64,000 bases of DNA from Camelus dromedarius. Lineage: Eukaryota. A model generated the notes under the pieces. That model did not search any database and had not been told where the DNA came from. It was given only the letters and a program-made list of their open reading frames with translations. Position numbers and translations under genes: made by a program. The stretch covers positions 17,608,001 to 17,672,000 of the forward strand of contig NC_087436.1 in assembly GCF_036321535.1 (NCBI RefSeq), given 5' to 3'. Positions 13,650 to 26,837 of the stretch are shown here, in pieces. Positions within the stretch are counted from its first letter, which is position 1. The number at the start of each line of letters is the position of its first letter.

Positions 13650-13893
13650 ATAATAAAAATAATAGTTTATAAATATTGAGCACTAACCAGGTGTCCAGAA
13701 CACTTCATGTATTTACTAATATAATGCTCTCAGCTATAAGATAGATACTATTATTTTTCCCATTTTATCCTTAGGGAAACTGAGGCACAGCAAAGGAAAG
13801 CAGTATGTTTCAAGTCATATAGTTACTATTGGGCCGAGCCAGGATTCAAACCCAGGTAGCCTGACTGCAAAGACCGGCTCTGAACCACTCACT
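13650..13893 (-). mobile_element. MIR SINE, near full length
   Basis: 'cccattttatc...ggaaactgaggcacag', 'gagccaggattcaaacccaggtagcctgact' and 'tgaaccact'. Confidence 0.88.
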
Positions 13894-15149
13894 AGGTTAA
13901 TTCCCTGGCATCAAAGGAATGTACTGGACACAGAGACACTACCTGGAAAGTGACTCTCAAAACCGCAACTGTTAAAACGTCTTTTTTTTTTTTTTTTACA
14001 ACAGAACTGAAATGGAATCTCTGAAAGATAACACACCTCCAAATTTAAACCTGATAATGAAACCCACAGTGCTGAGTGGGCACTAGTTAATAACATCTAC
14101 TAGTCAGAAGTGGGGCCAGTGTGTTTTGAGTTTTGAATATGTATAGCTTCGTGTATACAGTGGGTCTGCAGTGGGTAAGCCTTTCATTTGGACTTCAGCC
14201 CAAGGAGAGCTTACCTAGGATTGAAACTAGGTAAATAATGATCAGTTTCTTTATTCCAAAATACTTTGTGGCAAATAAGTAGGGATTTTTTTCCTGAATC
14301 TATTAATTTTTATTGGTTTATAAAAAAAAAAACTGTAGGATAAGATTCAGTAGAAGAGAACTCATAACTTGCTTTTGGTAAAATTCCATTTTCTCCAATA
14401 TTTTGTCTCCAGACCAACAAAAAGAGCAGTGATAATATCTTTTCAGAGGCAAATTGGTGTGGATTTTTCCCTCTTAGCAGAACTTTAGACTCTGAAGAAG
14501 TATTTTGGTTTGCTTATTTAAAGAACAGCTAGGTTTACTGCCAAACAGCTCTTCATGAAAGACATATGTAAATACAGCAGAGTAAACGAGATAATTCTAT
14601 TTCATGTGAAAAACACTTTCTTAATTATGTGAACTTGTTTGAAAGACTATGAAATGCTCTGTATTTAGTTCTGTAAGAAGTTTGGCTGTGATATTTATGA
14701 TGTAATCACAGCCAGGAGTTGAAAATTATATTAATATTGAATGCAAAACTATTTTCTTTTCTCTCTTCTTGTATTTTTAATAAAGAAAAATGCTAATTAA
14801 AAAATTGATGGCCAAAAATATCCTCTCTGGTGCGAAGTACTGCCATTTAGCTTTATTTTATTTTTAATGTGTCATAATTCACATTTGCAATGCCCTAGTC
14901 TCCAAACTATGGTGTTAAAAAATGAATTAAATATATTCTTTTGTCAAGGGTAGCACTAAAATGCACAGAAGCCTAGTCTTATTTATATGATAGGGTAGTC
15001 CACCAGAAAATGTTTGCCCCTAATGCAAATTTCCAACAAATATCTAATATTTTGCTTCTCAACATTCCAGATATGAAACTAGCATATGGAAGCAATTTCC
15101 ATATCAGCTATCTGGTTCAAATCTTAAGACTGTGAAATAATTTGAAAGA

Positions 15150-15290
15150 TGATATCATCTATCTTTTACAAACAGGGAACTGAGGAACCAAATGACTAAG
15201 TGCCTTGCCCCAAATCCTACTGTTAATGAGTAAACTCAGTTCAAGGATATTAATTTCCTGTTTTCCTAAGCTAAGCTCCTTCTCACTCCC
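15150..15290 (-). mobile_element. MIR fragment
   Basis: 'ttttacaaacagggaactgagg...taagtgccttgcccca'. Confidence 0.6.
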
Positions 15291-15519
15291 TCATGCTGCC
15301 AACTCAACCCTGATTTGAATACTGATCTTGCTGGTTAATTTCTTCCCTTTCATTGGCCTTAACAAGAACATACCATCACCCAAATAGTTTAACTAGGCAG
15401 TACGTGCATGCTAAAAATTCAGTTCATTTTGTCCTTGGAGACAATTTTGTTTGTTTGCGCCACTGACGTTGAAGTAATCATTGCCCGTGTAGAAAATTAT
15501 CTATATGAAATCACTAATG

Positions 15520-15850
15520 AAATTCCAAATTGAACTCATTACCACATCATACTGCGGCTCCAACAAGCCAGTTTATTTTGGAGAATGTCACACTCGCTGA
15601 CCCTGGGACATGAACCAAATGCGTTAAGGATCGTTCTGGATTCTTCCCTTTCCCTTGCCTTCTATTCCAATCACAGTCTTTCATTATCCCTCCCGGCTGT
15701 TACCTTTTTCTTGCCTGGACCATTGCAACGACTTCCCATGTGCTCTCTCCATCAGAGGTCTTCTCCTGTTCCAGTCAAGTTATTGCAAAAGAGCTCTTTC
15801 TGTCCCACCATGTCATACATCTGCTTTAAACGTTTCAATATGTTCTTCAA
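15520..15850 (+). mobile_element. LINE-2 fragment
   Basis: 'aaattgaactcat', 'ttctggattcttcccttt', 'tcttgcctggaccattgcaac'. Confidence 0.5.
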
Positions 15851-16699
15851 TATAAACACTACACAGTGATGAATTCATCTCCTCTGACCCTTTTCTATAT
15901 ACAGTCCATTCGTACAGTCTGCTCACAGTGCCAGGCTCTCCCACCTATTGACCTATATACATGTTCTGTCTTCTGAGGACACTGGCCTCACCCTCACACC
16001 ACACATAGAGATGCATAGTTGCACCAGTAATATTTTGAGTATTAATCGATGTTCACATCAATCTTTCTTCCTAGCACCCAAGAGACTTCCCCATTTCTGC
16101 TCATCCCTCTCTCACACTAATTCTTCCTGCTTTTCTTCTATTAAGGAACAACAATTTCAGGAATGCGTAGCAATGGTCAGATTTAAATGAAGAGGTAATG
16201 GCACATTGGGATATAAGGTGGTCTTAAGAGAGACAGAGACAGTGACATCTCTCAGAGCAGCTCAGGGGACTGAAGTTTTAAATACACTGTTTTCAACAGA
16301 GGAAGAAACATATAAGGAACAATTACCTTCCATAAGTTTGGCACAGCACTAAAAGATTCCTCTACAGACCAATAGAGTTGATGCTGTTGAAATTACCACA
16401 ACCCTCCAAAACAAGGCTTATGGTTGTGCACATCATCCAACTACTAGCTTAAGGTCTAACAAGAGACATCTAAACGCAATTAGCTAAGTGGTTTCATGAC
16501 AAACATTGGGCTTGAAATTATCTTTTTATTCAAGAATGGGTAATTATAAATTTAAAATATTAGAAAATTTTGAAGAGGTTCTATACAGGAAAGATGAAAA
16601 AGATACACTCAAGGTACAGAAGACTTATAGTTATAAGAAAGCATCACCTGATGTTATCAGAAGTTTCCTGAAAGCACACTCTCCATTAAATTAGAGGAA

Positions 16700-18800
16700 C
16701 AAATTAAATAATGTACTGAAATAAAACTGAACATGACTGAAATGCAGAATAGAAAGAAGGTCCAGGTACAAGCCTTGAGTTGGAATGAAGTAAGGGAATA
16801 ATGCAAGAAAAATAGCATTTCAATAAAATAATTAAAATCTTAATTAAAGTCAGTATAGAGTACAATGAAGAGCACAGAAAAATCAAATCAGTGATGAGAT
16901 GTACAAACCTGGAAAATCACTCACAATGTAGTGACTGCAAAACAAAAATTCCAAGAAAAAAGCCAGACCATTAAAATCAAGGATATAATTGTAGAAAACC
17001 TTTTGAAACTGCAGTACAAGCACACTAAGTATGTGGGACCTGCTGCAGGGGGGTTTACCGAAAAGATGCCAACTACCTAAACTCTCTTAAAGAAAAATTT
17101 TAATTATCAAAACAAAGAACAAGTTTATAGGCAGAAAAAATAGTATGCTACATAAAAAAAAATAGGAAAGTCTCAGATATATACTCAGGAACACAGAATG
17201 TGAAAGACAATGGAGTAATTAATAGTTGTAAATGTATCAAAATGGTCATTTTACATGAGAATAACAAAGTGATCATCTAAGATATACAATTGGTCAAATA
17301 CTAAAATACAGTTCTCCAGGACGAAATAAGCAGTATTCTAGAGCCATCTGAATAATAAATCAAAGTTAAGAATTATACTAAAAAGTAACATCTACAGAGA
17401 TTTTTAAGGAAAAAAATTATATATCCCCAAAAGTCTATACCCATCTAAAATATGAACTTACTAGCAACAGGGATAGAACTTTAGATATATACCTACGTGT
17501 GTTTATGTTTACTTACGTGTCTGTGTATAAGCTAATAAAGGATACTATTGATGGACCCATGGAAAACAAAATATTATTCCAAATCTAATTGAAACTCACT
17601 AAAAAGGGAATCAAAACAAAGACCTGGGAAATATAGAATATGTTATCTTCTAGAGGCAACATAATGACTTGAAACCAGTTAAACATTGTTAAAACTAAGA
17701 AAACTGTAGCTAATATAGTTTTGGAGATGAATACATGTGTTATAAATAACTTAGGAATATAATACTAATTCAAGACAACTTGATAGCAGTATCTTAGGAA
17801 TAAAACTCCAGATTAAACAGTTTCGACAAATGGAATAATTTAGAAATTATTTCCTGTTTGAGAACAATATGCTCTTACCAAATAAAGTCAAATTAAGAGC
17901 TAAACATAATGTATAAAATGTTTTAAAATCTGCAATAATCAAAACATCATAGAGGCAAGGAATCAAACCAAACAATGAAAACAAACAGGCTAAGAACCAG
18001 CACATTTAAGAATTCAGTATGGCATAAGATAGTGCTTTAAATCAGGAGAAAAGGGACAGTTTGTTTAATAAATTTAGCAGGGGACTTACTGAGGAGAAAA
18101 ACTGGATCAGTAACCTCAAAATATACCCCAGAACACATTACAGATTGAATAAAAATTTTATTGAAGTAATAAACAAAATGTTTTATTAGAAATTATAGGG
18201 GAACATTTACACAAATTTAGCATAAAGAGTTTCTACGCATGCTATCAATGCATCTAGGAAAAAAATTAAGAAAAATGTTAATATACTCATTACATATATA
18301 CTTAAAACATGTATTTCTTTTAATTAGAGCCATATTAAAAACTAGAGAATATGATTTAGATATAAATAATAATAATAAATGTTTTCAATATTCTTAATAT
18401 ATAAAAAGTTCTTAGAAATAAATAAGACAAAAACTTCAATATACAGAATGGCAAAAAATATTATAAGAAACCTAACAAATATGTGATTTGTGCATTTTTA
18501 AAAAGGAGATAACATCTTTTATCTAACAAATTGTCAAAGATTGTGTTTATTTATAATATCTACGTTTAGCAAAGTTATAAAGAAGTAAGTTCTTTGCACA
18601 CTTATTGGTAGAATTATAAATTAATTCATCTTTTGTTGGGTCAAGTTTGCTCCAACCCCTTGTGAACATGTACCCTTTTGACCCAGAAATTTCACTTATA
18701 AAAATTAATCCTGAAATAATCATAGTCATGTGCAGGTATGTATCTATAAACATAATATAAAGTGATCTAATGCTCACCAATCAGATATTCCTCATAACAT
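16700..18800 (+). mobile_element. Ancient degraded L1 (L1ME-type) fragments
   Basis: A-rich block with L1-like segments such as 'taaatcaggagaaaagggacagtttgtttaataaat' and 'catgtacccttttgacccagaaatttcactt'. Confidence 0.6.
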
Positions 18801-18902
18801 TTCATGTCTATGTCCTATACTAATATTTGCACTTAACTGGAATTTAAAATATTTTAAATATGGCATTCCCTAAGTATTATTTCTTAATAATTAAGAAGTT
18901 TC

Positions 18903-19322
18903 CATGCAGCAACATGGATGAACCTGGAGATTGTCATACTACATAAAATAAACCAGAAAGAGAAAGAAAAATACCATATGATATCAGTTATATGTGGAAT
19001 CTAAGAAAATGACACAAAGGAACTTATTTACAAAACAGAAACAGATTCACAGACATAGAAAACAAACGTATAGTTAACAGGGAAGTAAACGAGGGGTGGA
19101 AGGATAAATTGGGAGTTTGGGATTTGCAGATACTAACTGCTATATATAAAACAGATAAACAACAAGGTCCTACTGTATAGCACAGGGAACTATATTCAAT
19201 ATCTTATAATAACCTATAATGAAAAAGAATATGAAAAGGAATATATATTATATACCATTGAAACATTATGCTGTACACCAGAAATTGACTCATTGTAAAC
19301 CAACTATACTTAAATAAAAAAA
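18903..19322 (+). mobile_element. 5'-truncated artiodactyl/camelid L1 3' end
   Basis: 'gcagcaacatggatgaacctggagatt', 'aacaaggtcctactgtatagcacagggaactatattcaatatct', 'gctgtacaccagaaattga', then AATAAAAA. Confidence 0.95.
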
Positions 19323-20099
19323 TTTTTAATGTTTTAAATATAGCACTCCCTGAGTGTTATTTCTTAAAAAATTAAAAGCTATGCTTATGTAATTATCCTT
19401 GGAATGTCTTCAGGGAAATGCGTACGAAGAAAGATACACAAATTCCAGAAGACTGGATTGGGCAAACAAGAAAAAAGATGGAGAATTTGTTGCATAAGCA
19501 GGAAAGAGTAGGCAGGGAATTTTTAATAAAGGATGAACAAACTGACAATTCTGGCACTATTTCCCCACCTCTGCTGAGACAAGGAATTGACCACGTTGAA
19601 ACTGCCCCCTCTTCTGTCATTAAAAAGCAGAGAAAAGCATGATAGATTCCGTGCAGTGGGGGCCTCTTTGCCCCCAGGACAAATGACCATGGGAGCCTAG
19701 TGCTGATCAGAAAATCTGAACTTGCCCTCAAAGAAAAACATTCACATTCTTCCACACCAGAACAAGACAAACCAAAAATTTTGGAGGCTGTCTTGCCACA
19801 GGGTCAAGGCTTGGTAAAGTGACTACAAGAAGTCCATGGGGTTTCATATTTGAATGATGCACTTCATTAATGGTCTTCTTTTTAAGAGCCTGGTTGTCAA
19901 GTGTACTTGTAGTGCTCACCCTCGCTCAAATCACTAAGCGCTTTGAGTTGTTAATCTTCCTTGATTGCAAATTCAGACCTAACAGGATTCATTCATTATT
20001 GTAGCAGACACTTGTCACTCTCCTGAGACTGCTACCTATGGGAAATTCCACATCTTATGAGTCTTGATTAGAGATAAGTTGGACTCTACAGAAGCAGAT

Positions 20100-21850
20100 T
20101 CTCTCACCACCTTACAGACATTATTCTGGTTCTTGGGAAGTAGTAAGAACCCTAGGTAAGATATACCTGGGTAAAAATACACGTTTGCCAGAAAACAGGA
20201 GATAGAAGCACAAAAATACAGAGGTTCCAGGGCAACACTGGCTCTCCCAGACAAAGTGAATGATAAAGTACAATATTTTACATCTCCTAAAAAAGAGCAT
20301 GACATTTGCACCATTGCTGTTTTAGGAGAGAAAAACATAACCACTTTTGCATATGCCATCTGAGCGTTTATGAGATATATTAGAGACCGCCAGTTTCAAG
20401 TAAGATCTTAGAGGAGAAGAAGGTTCTTCAGCTGACCAGGCTCTACTGGAGATAGCTTCACTACTTTGCTCCTATCCCCAGGAAACCCAGTGGTTCAGAG
20501 GGTGGCCAGCCCCAGTGGGAGAATCGTACCAGGAATCTTTAAGATCTGTGGGCAGAGCCCATTACCCTTTTCTCAAGTGCTTGTGCTTATTTTGAATAAT
20601 AGATCCTGGTTTGTCTCTGATATCAGTTTACAACTAAACATGTGACCGCTGGGACATGCCACTCCACATGATGAATTTTTGTATTACGCGACTTGTCTGT
20701 AAAGTCAGGTATGCTCCAACATGTTCCATCATCAAATGGGAACGGATATATAGAATTGGGCTTGGTTAGGTTCTGAAGGCACAAGTAAGGGTTAGCGCCA
20801 CACTACTAAACCCTACTTCTATTATTCTTGTCTAAGCTATCATGGAGAGGTGTCTGTGATTAACTGACAAAAAAGGATTTAAAAAAACAAAAAAAAAGGC
20901 CTAGATTTCAGAAGGTCCAGTACAAAATATAGGCATTCTCAAGATTTAGATTTCCATCCATGAAACTCTGGGTGCTGTTAGTTTGGTGGTCTCAGTGCTT
21001 CAGAAGATACAACAATGGACTCATTCATCGGTAAATAGACAATACCACCTGGCCCATGCTGGCTCTTCGTGCACTAAGTAAACAGGCAATAAAGGGAATT
21101 ATGGTGTGGACTTCTGAGATTGATCCTGACTGTCATGAGGGATTTGAATTGCCGCTGCACAATTGGGAAAGTAAGAAATATTGATAGAACCCAAACATGT
21201 CCTGGGGTCCTTCCTGGTCTGATTTGTCCATTGATCAAATTAATTGGGAGACCACAGTGTCTATGAAGGTGAGAATCAAAGGCATTGATTTCTCAAGAAT
21301 GAAGGTTTGGGACACCACATTAGGTAAAGACTCTTGAACATTTGAGGTCCTGGCTAAATACTTTAAAAATATGTGAAATGAGGAGTGGAAGAGAAAAGGC
21401 TTACTTGCCAACCTTAAGCATCATGACTAGTTATACAAAGAGGACTACCTTTCCTGTGTTTTCTCCCTTTCCTGTGTTTATATAGTTAGACTTCCCTCTT
21501 CTTTCCTATCCCTCCCTCCAACTATTTTGTGGAGGATATGTTGGTGGCAAAGAACTTTTCCATTTGACCTATAGGATCATATGGATTGTAAATCAACTCA
21601 ATTTACATTATTTATTAAAATCCATAATATTATAATACATTTACATAAATGGATTGTAAATCAACTAGAAGAAAAGTGGATTTGTCAGAATGCAGTCAGG
21701 AATGAGACTTTGCAGTGTTCCCCTTTGAGGGAGGAGGTGAATGCCTTTTAGATACATGAAGGTGACTTGCATTAATTTGGAAGAATTATTTTTTTTCAAC
21801 GTTGGAGGAAGAATGTAAGTCAAGGTTGCACGTGCCAACGTGGGTCTCAG
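20100..21850 (+). mobile_element. Degraded ERVL internal region (pol RT/tether remnant and dUTPase-like remnant), internally deleted
   Basis: Segments resemble the HERV-L pol consensus as I recall it: 'ccatcatcaaatgggaacggatatata', 'tctgaaggcacaagtaag', 'taccacctggcccatgctggctc', 'gattgatcctgactgtca', 'gaatgaaggtttggg'. No open frame remains. Confidence 0.75.
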
Positions 21851-21859
21851 GGGGCGTTT

Positions 21860-22439
21860 GGTACCCTTTTTCACTTCTCAGCATCTAAACTCCCTTCTCA
21901 GTGAGAGACTCAACCTGTCTCCCAGTACAGAAACTAAAATTGCCAAGTTGTTGTTTTTCCCTTCTCCCTCAGAGGACAGGGGCCTGTGACAAAGGCCCCA
22001 CCGGTCACGGCCGCCAACCCCAGATTCAGTAGGCAGCATCAGAAAGAAGCAGAGACCGAGAGAACCCTCCCCGGGCAGTGGTGGCAGCGGGAACAAGGAG
22101 AGCTCCCGGGGAAGAGTGGCAGGGCTGACAGCAGGACCAGGGGGTGTTGCTGAAGTGGGACTAGCAGTTAAGATTTTGAGGTGGTTTCACTTTCACTCTC
22201 CTCGTGGGACAGTTTCTATGGTATTATTTATATGTTCTGCAGCTGTTCAGACTCCATAGAGCTATACACTGTTATTTTTCTATGTCCTAATATCTTTTCT
22301 TTTGTTTTGTTTTTCAGGGTTTATTTTTACCTTTAATTTTGAAGTAATTTCAGGCCTAATACCTTTTTAATAAATCTTTTTTCTGTTTAAATCTGCAAGA
22401 AAACGTTTGTTGCATGCAATTAAGAATCCTGACTACACA
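21860..22439 (+). mobile_element. LTR33-like ERVL 3' LTR
   Basis: Follows the internal region and ends 'aataaatcttttttctgtttaaatc...ttgttgcatgcaattaagaatcctgactacaca', with AATAAA at 22369-22374. Confidence 0.7.
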
Positions 22440-22731
22440 GTTGTATAGTTCGTAACAGGACTGTTAATTCGGAATCATTAGAAATTAATTAAATATCCAA
22501 AATTTGGTATTGTGGTGTTGAAGGAATTATATTTATATCACAGAATGCTAGCGATTATTTTTAAATGATGTAATAGGATAAAATTTAAAGTCATACAATA
22601 GTATTCAGGATATACCGAGTGGTAAAGCAAGTTGCAAGCTGAGTACTAGGTCACAAGTTTGTATTTTATAACTTCTTTATAACTTATCTATCTGCCTATC
22701 ATTGATCTATCTATCTATCATCTACCTATCC

Positions 22732-23930
22732 TGTGTTAGTTATCTTTTACTGTATAACCAGTCACCCCCAAAACTAAGCAGCTTAAAAAATAGTCATTTT
22801 TACTCTCAAATTTTCCTTGAGTCAGTTTCGAGAGAGTGGAGAGCAGTGTAGGGGGTGCAGGGCTTGAGAGGGGTTCACAGTCTTTTATAATCTAGTATTA
22901 CACGTGGTGTCCTACCACTAGAAGCAAGTCACTGAGCTCAGCCCGCATTCAAGGGGCGGGTAATTAGGCTACACGTCTTTTTTCTTTTTTCTTTTTTAAT
23001 TGAAGTACAGTCAGTTACAATGTGTCAGTTTCTGGTGTGCAGCACAATGTCCCAGTCATGCATATACATACATACATTCATTTTCATATTCTTTTTCATT
23101 AAAGGTTACTACAAGACATTAAATACAGTTCCCTGTGCTGCAGAGAAGAAATTTGTTCTTTACCTATTTTTATATATAGTGTTAACATCTACAAATCTCA
23201 AACTCCCAAATTTATCCCCTCCCACCTGGTAACTGTAAGATTGTTTACTGTGTCTGCAAGTCTGTTTCTGTTTTGGAGAGAGTTCATTAGTGTCCTCTTT
23301 TTTTTCTTATCTTTTTTAGATTCTATATAAAAGTGATATCATATGGTATTTTTCTTTCTCTTTCTGGCTTCTTTTGCTTAAATGATAATCTCCAGGTCCA
23401 TCTATGTTGCTGCAAATGGAATTATTTTATTCCTTTTTTATGGCTGATTAGTATTCCATTGTATAAATATTACTACAGCTTCTTTATCCAGTCATCTGTC
23501 GATGGACATTTAGGTTGCTTCCATGTCTTGGCTATTGTAAATAGTGCTGCTATGAACACCGGGGGACATGTATCTTTTCAAATTAGAGTTCCCTCCAGGT
23601 ATATGCCCAGGAGTGGGATTGCTGGATCATATGGTAAATCTATTTTTAGTTTTCTGAGGAATCTCCTTACTGTTTTCCATAATGGCTTCACCAAACTACA
23701 TTTCTGCCAACAGAGTGGGAGGATTCCCTTTTCTCCACATCCTCTCCAGTATTTATCATTTGTGGACTTTTGAATGATGGCCATTCTGACTGGTGTGAGT
23801 TGATACCTAATTAGTTTTGATCTGCATTTCTCTGGTAATTAGTGATATTGAGCATTTTTTCGTGTTAGGCTGCACCTCTTGAGTAGAGGTGTGTCAAAGG
23901 ATCCGTACACACATTTTTAAAACCATCTTG
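22732..23930 (-). mobile_element. MLT1F-like MaLR LTR, split by an L1 insertion
   Basis: Left part 'tgtgttagttatc...cccccaaaactaagcagcttaaaa...agaagcaagtcact'; right part 'gtgtcaaagg...catttttaaaaccat'. Confidence 0.8.
22980..23864 (-). mobile_element. 5'-truncated camelid L1 (ORF2 C-terminus plus 3' UTR) with 16-bp TSD
   Basis: Poly-T at the left end. ORF 23578..23784(-) encodes the L1 ORF2 C-terminal motif 'WRGCGEKG...[12 protein letters not shown]'. TSD: ttaggctacacgtctt (22964-22979) and ttaggctgcacctctt (23865-23880). Confidence 0.96.
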
Positions 23931-26021
23931 TACACATACATATACAGATAACAATATTTAAATCTATAAAGTGTTTTATAATAAACATACCCAGAAAAGC
24001 ACATGGTATAAAATATAATGTGTTTTATAAAAATTATCTTGTATGTGTAACCAAGTATTACCAGTGTCAATTTCCCCCTAACAACTCTCATGAATTACAG
24101 CGGGGCTGAAGCAAACCCTCGGAAGGGGTGATTTTTTCAATTGTATCCACAATTAAATTGCACATAAAGGCAGACATAACTCTCAGACCATGGGAGGTGG
24201 AAGGGTGATAGCACAGAGGCCAGACTTCAGGGCAGAACTATGAGGTCCCTGAAGAGAATCCTGGGGAGAACAGGAGTAAAACTAGATTGAACTCCCAGGT
24301 GAGCAAAAAGGTGTAGTTCTGGGTCCTAGAGCACGTGGCTCGCACCACACCCACCCGCCAGTTTCTCTCATCTCAACATCACAGTCACCAGTGGATAAAT
24401 GAGCAGTAGAAGTGGAATGATTAGCAATCTAATGTGAGGAGAGCCATAAAGAAGTGGCGAGGGTGGGGACAGGAGAGAGAACTTTGCAGAAGACTAATGT
24501 GTTCTAGAGCTACTGAGATTTGCATAGTCAGGTTATCACGACCTCGTTTCTATCAGAAAGCTATTTGATAGATTCAGAATGATAAATACCAAAAAGTTAA
24601 AATTATTGTGACTACTTTCTTTTTCGCTCATCTATTTCTTCTAAATTTTCTGTAATTAATATATATGATTTTATGGTAATAAAAAGGTAGCTGTTTAAAT
24701 CATTTCAAATATGAAGATCAAAATATAATAGAAAGTAAAAACATGATACAAAACTAGATACAGTAGAAACCCTATTTATTTTTAAATGCAGATGTATGGT
24801 CATACAAACTATTAAGACATTAAAACTGCATACATACACATAGGTATATGTGCATATATATTCATAGATATCTCTATATATTCATATATCTATCTGTCTC
24901 TATCTTTTCAGGGGGAGAAAGCCTAGAAGGTAACATACAACAATGTAGGTAGTTCTTTTTCATGGGAATACAAATGATATTGTTGTCTTCTAGGTACTTT
25001 TCTGTATTTTCCAAATATCTTTAATGAAGAGGTATTACTGTTAAGATCAAATAGAAAGACAAAACATTTTAAACAACTAAAAAGGAAAATAAATTATGAC
25101 ACTTTTATCAGATGAAATAATATGAAACTGTTAATACTTCACTTTCAAAGAAAGGTAATGACATGATTAAATGCACATGATATAAGTTTTAAAAAGTTAA
25201 AAAGCACTGCATAAGCAATGTGAAGCCAAATTTGCGTCTGTGTATATATATATATATACACACATATATAACAGGCATTTGAATGGGACTCTTCCTGTTG
25301 TCTTAGAGTTTTGGCTGAAGCCCCAAACCTGAGAACAATGGTTTATAAATAACTGTACATTCTAAAGAGAGACGCTAGACCTATCCGTGGAGGTTCAGTG
25401 ATAAGGGTAGGACAGGTCCAGCAACTATCAAATTCAACTACCACCTCTAACCGACTTAAGTGAAGTCTAAAGTTCAAAAGCAAATTAAAGAGCATCTTTA
25501 AGAGAGAAGATTCATCAAACTCATAGAGAGTAGTGGCATTTTCCCTTCCCTTCAAACCCTCCCTCAAATGCTCTAAAAGGAAACTGCCACAGAGGAACAG
25601 GGCATCCACAAGATAGAGAGACTGGCATCACTCATGAGCCCCAGCCCTGTGGAATGGTAGGTCCTAACGCTGCACAGGACTGGAAATAGAGCGAGAGTCT
25701 TGATGGGGTTGTTGTCTCTCTCTCAGAATCTGGGGGGACTGGAAACTGCTTCTCAGTCTGAAAGTGGGCAATGGGCTGGAGTCACCTGAGTTAGCAAGGC
25801 AAGAACAAAGGACAGTTGGAAGGAGCAGCTGGCACTTCCACCATTTAGCAAGGCAAGGATGCACAAGATTCCTGAGGGCTGAGTGGAATGATGGATGTGG
25901 CCCATCTGAGAGAAACAGTGGGAGGTTGTTGGGTGTTCTTCTGATCAGGAGCTTTTGGTGCAGGGAGGAAGGATGTGTTAAGAAGTTAGATGTTTGAGGA
26001 AGCACTGTAGAGCACAACTTT

Positions 26022-26022
26022 G

Positions 26023-26059
<37 letters not shown>
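26022..26059. repeat. (TG)n microsatellite with one CG interruption
   Basis: Read directly from the sequence. Confidence 0.95.
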
Positions 26060-26062
<3 letters not shown>

Positions 26063-26837
26063 ATACGCAGATGTGCACTGACTTTAAAGAACTAGAAATC
26101 CATCCCAATCAGTGTAAATATTTGGACACTTTCTTAAATGATGGGCATGGCTCACCATCAGAGAGAACTAAAATAATACTAGTCATTTAAGATTTTGTCT
26201 CTTTTCCTCTAATTCCCCATCCCTTGCCCGAACAGTGGGGAGTCCAAGAGCAGGCTGAGGAAGGAAGTTTGATAAAATCATGCTCACCTTCCTCGCTGTG
26301 GACCCTTGAGCCACATGGGTAAGAAACTGCTCGAATAGAGAGAAGCAGCTTTGATTGACTGGGAAATTGAGGTTTTGATCTAAGACATTACATGACTTCA
26401 AGGACCTTAACGTGAATCATTTTTCAAAAAGGAATGATTTAAATGTACATAAAGATGTAGACTAACCAACAATACTCTTTGTATTCTTTTAATTTTATTC
26501 ATTTAACAAAATGGTTGTGTATGTGTGTTTCTGTGTGCACCTGTGTGATGAGGAATAAATGGATGAATAGATGACAAATAGATGGGTAAAGGTATACAGG
26601 CATTGACACATAGATCTCCACAACTTCAAAAAAGAATTTGAGAGCAATCTGTCTGCACTTTAACAATTGTTATCTGCAAGAGGTGGGAATAAGAGATACC
26701 ATTTTCCATCTATTCTGTTCATCCTTATCTTTTCCTGCATTTTGCATTAACACTATATATTAATTTTATGCACAATATAAAAACTTACCCAAAAAATTCT
26801 AATAAGGGGACATTGTACTGTTCTACCAAAGTCCACT

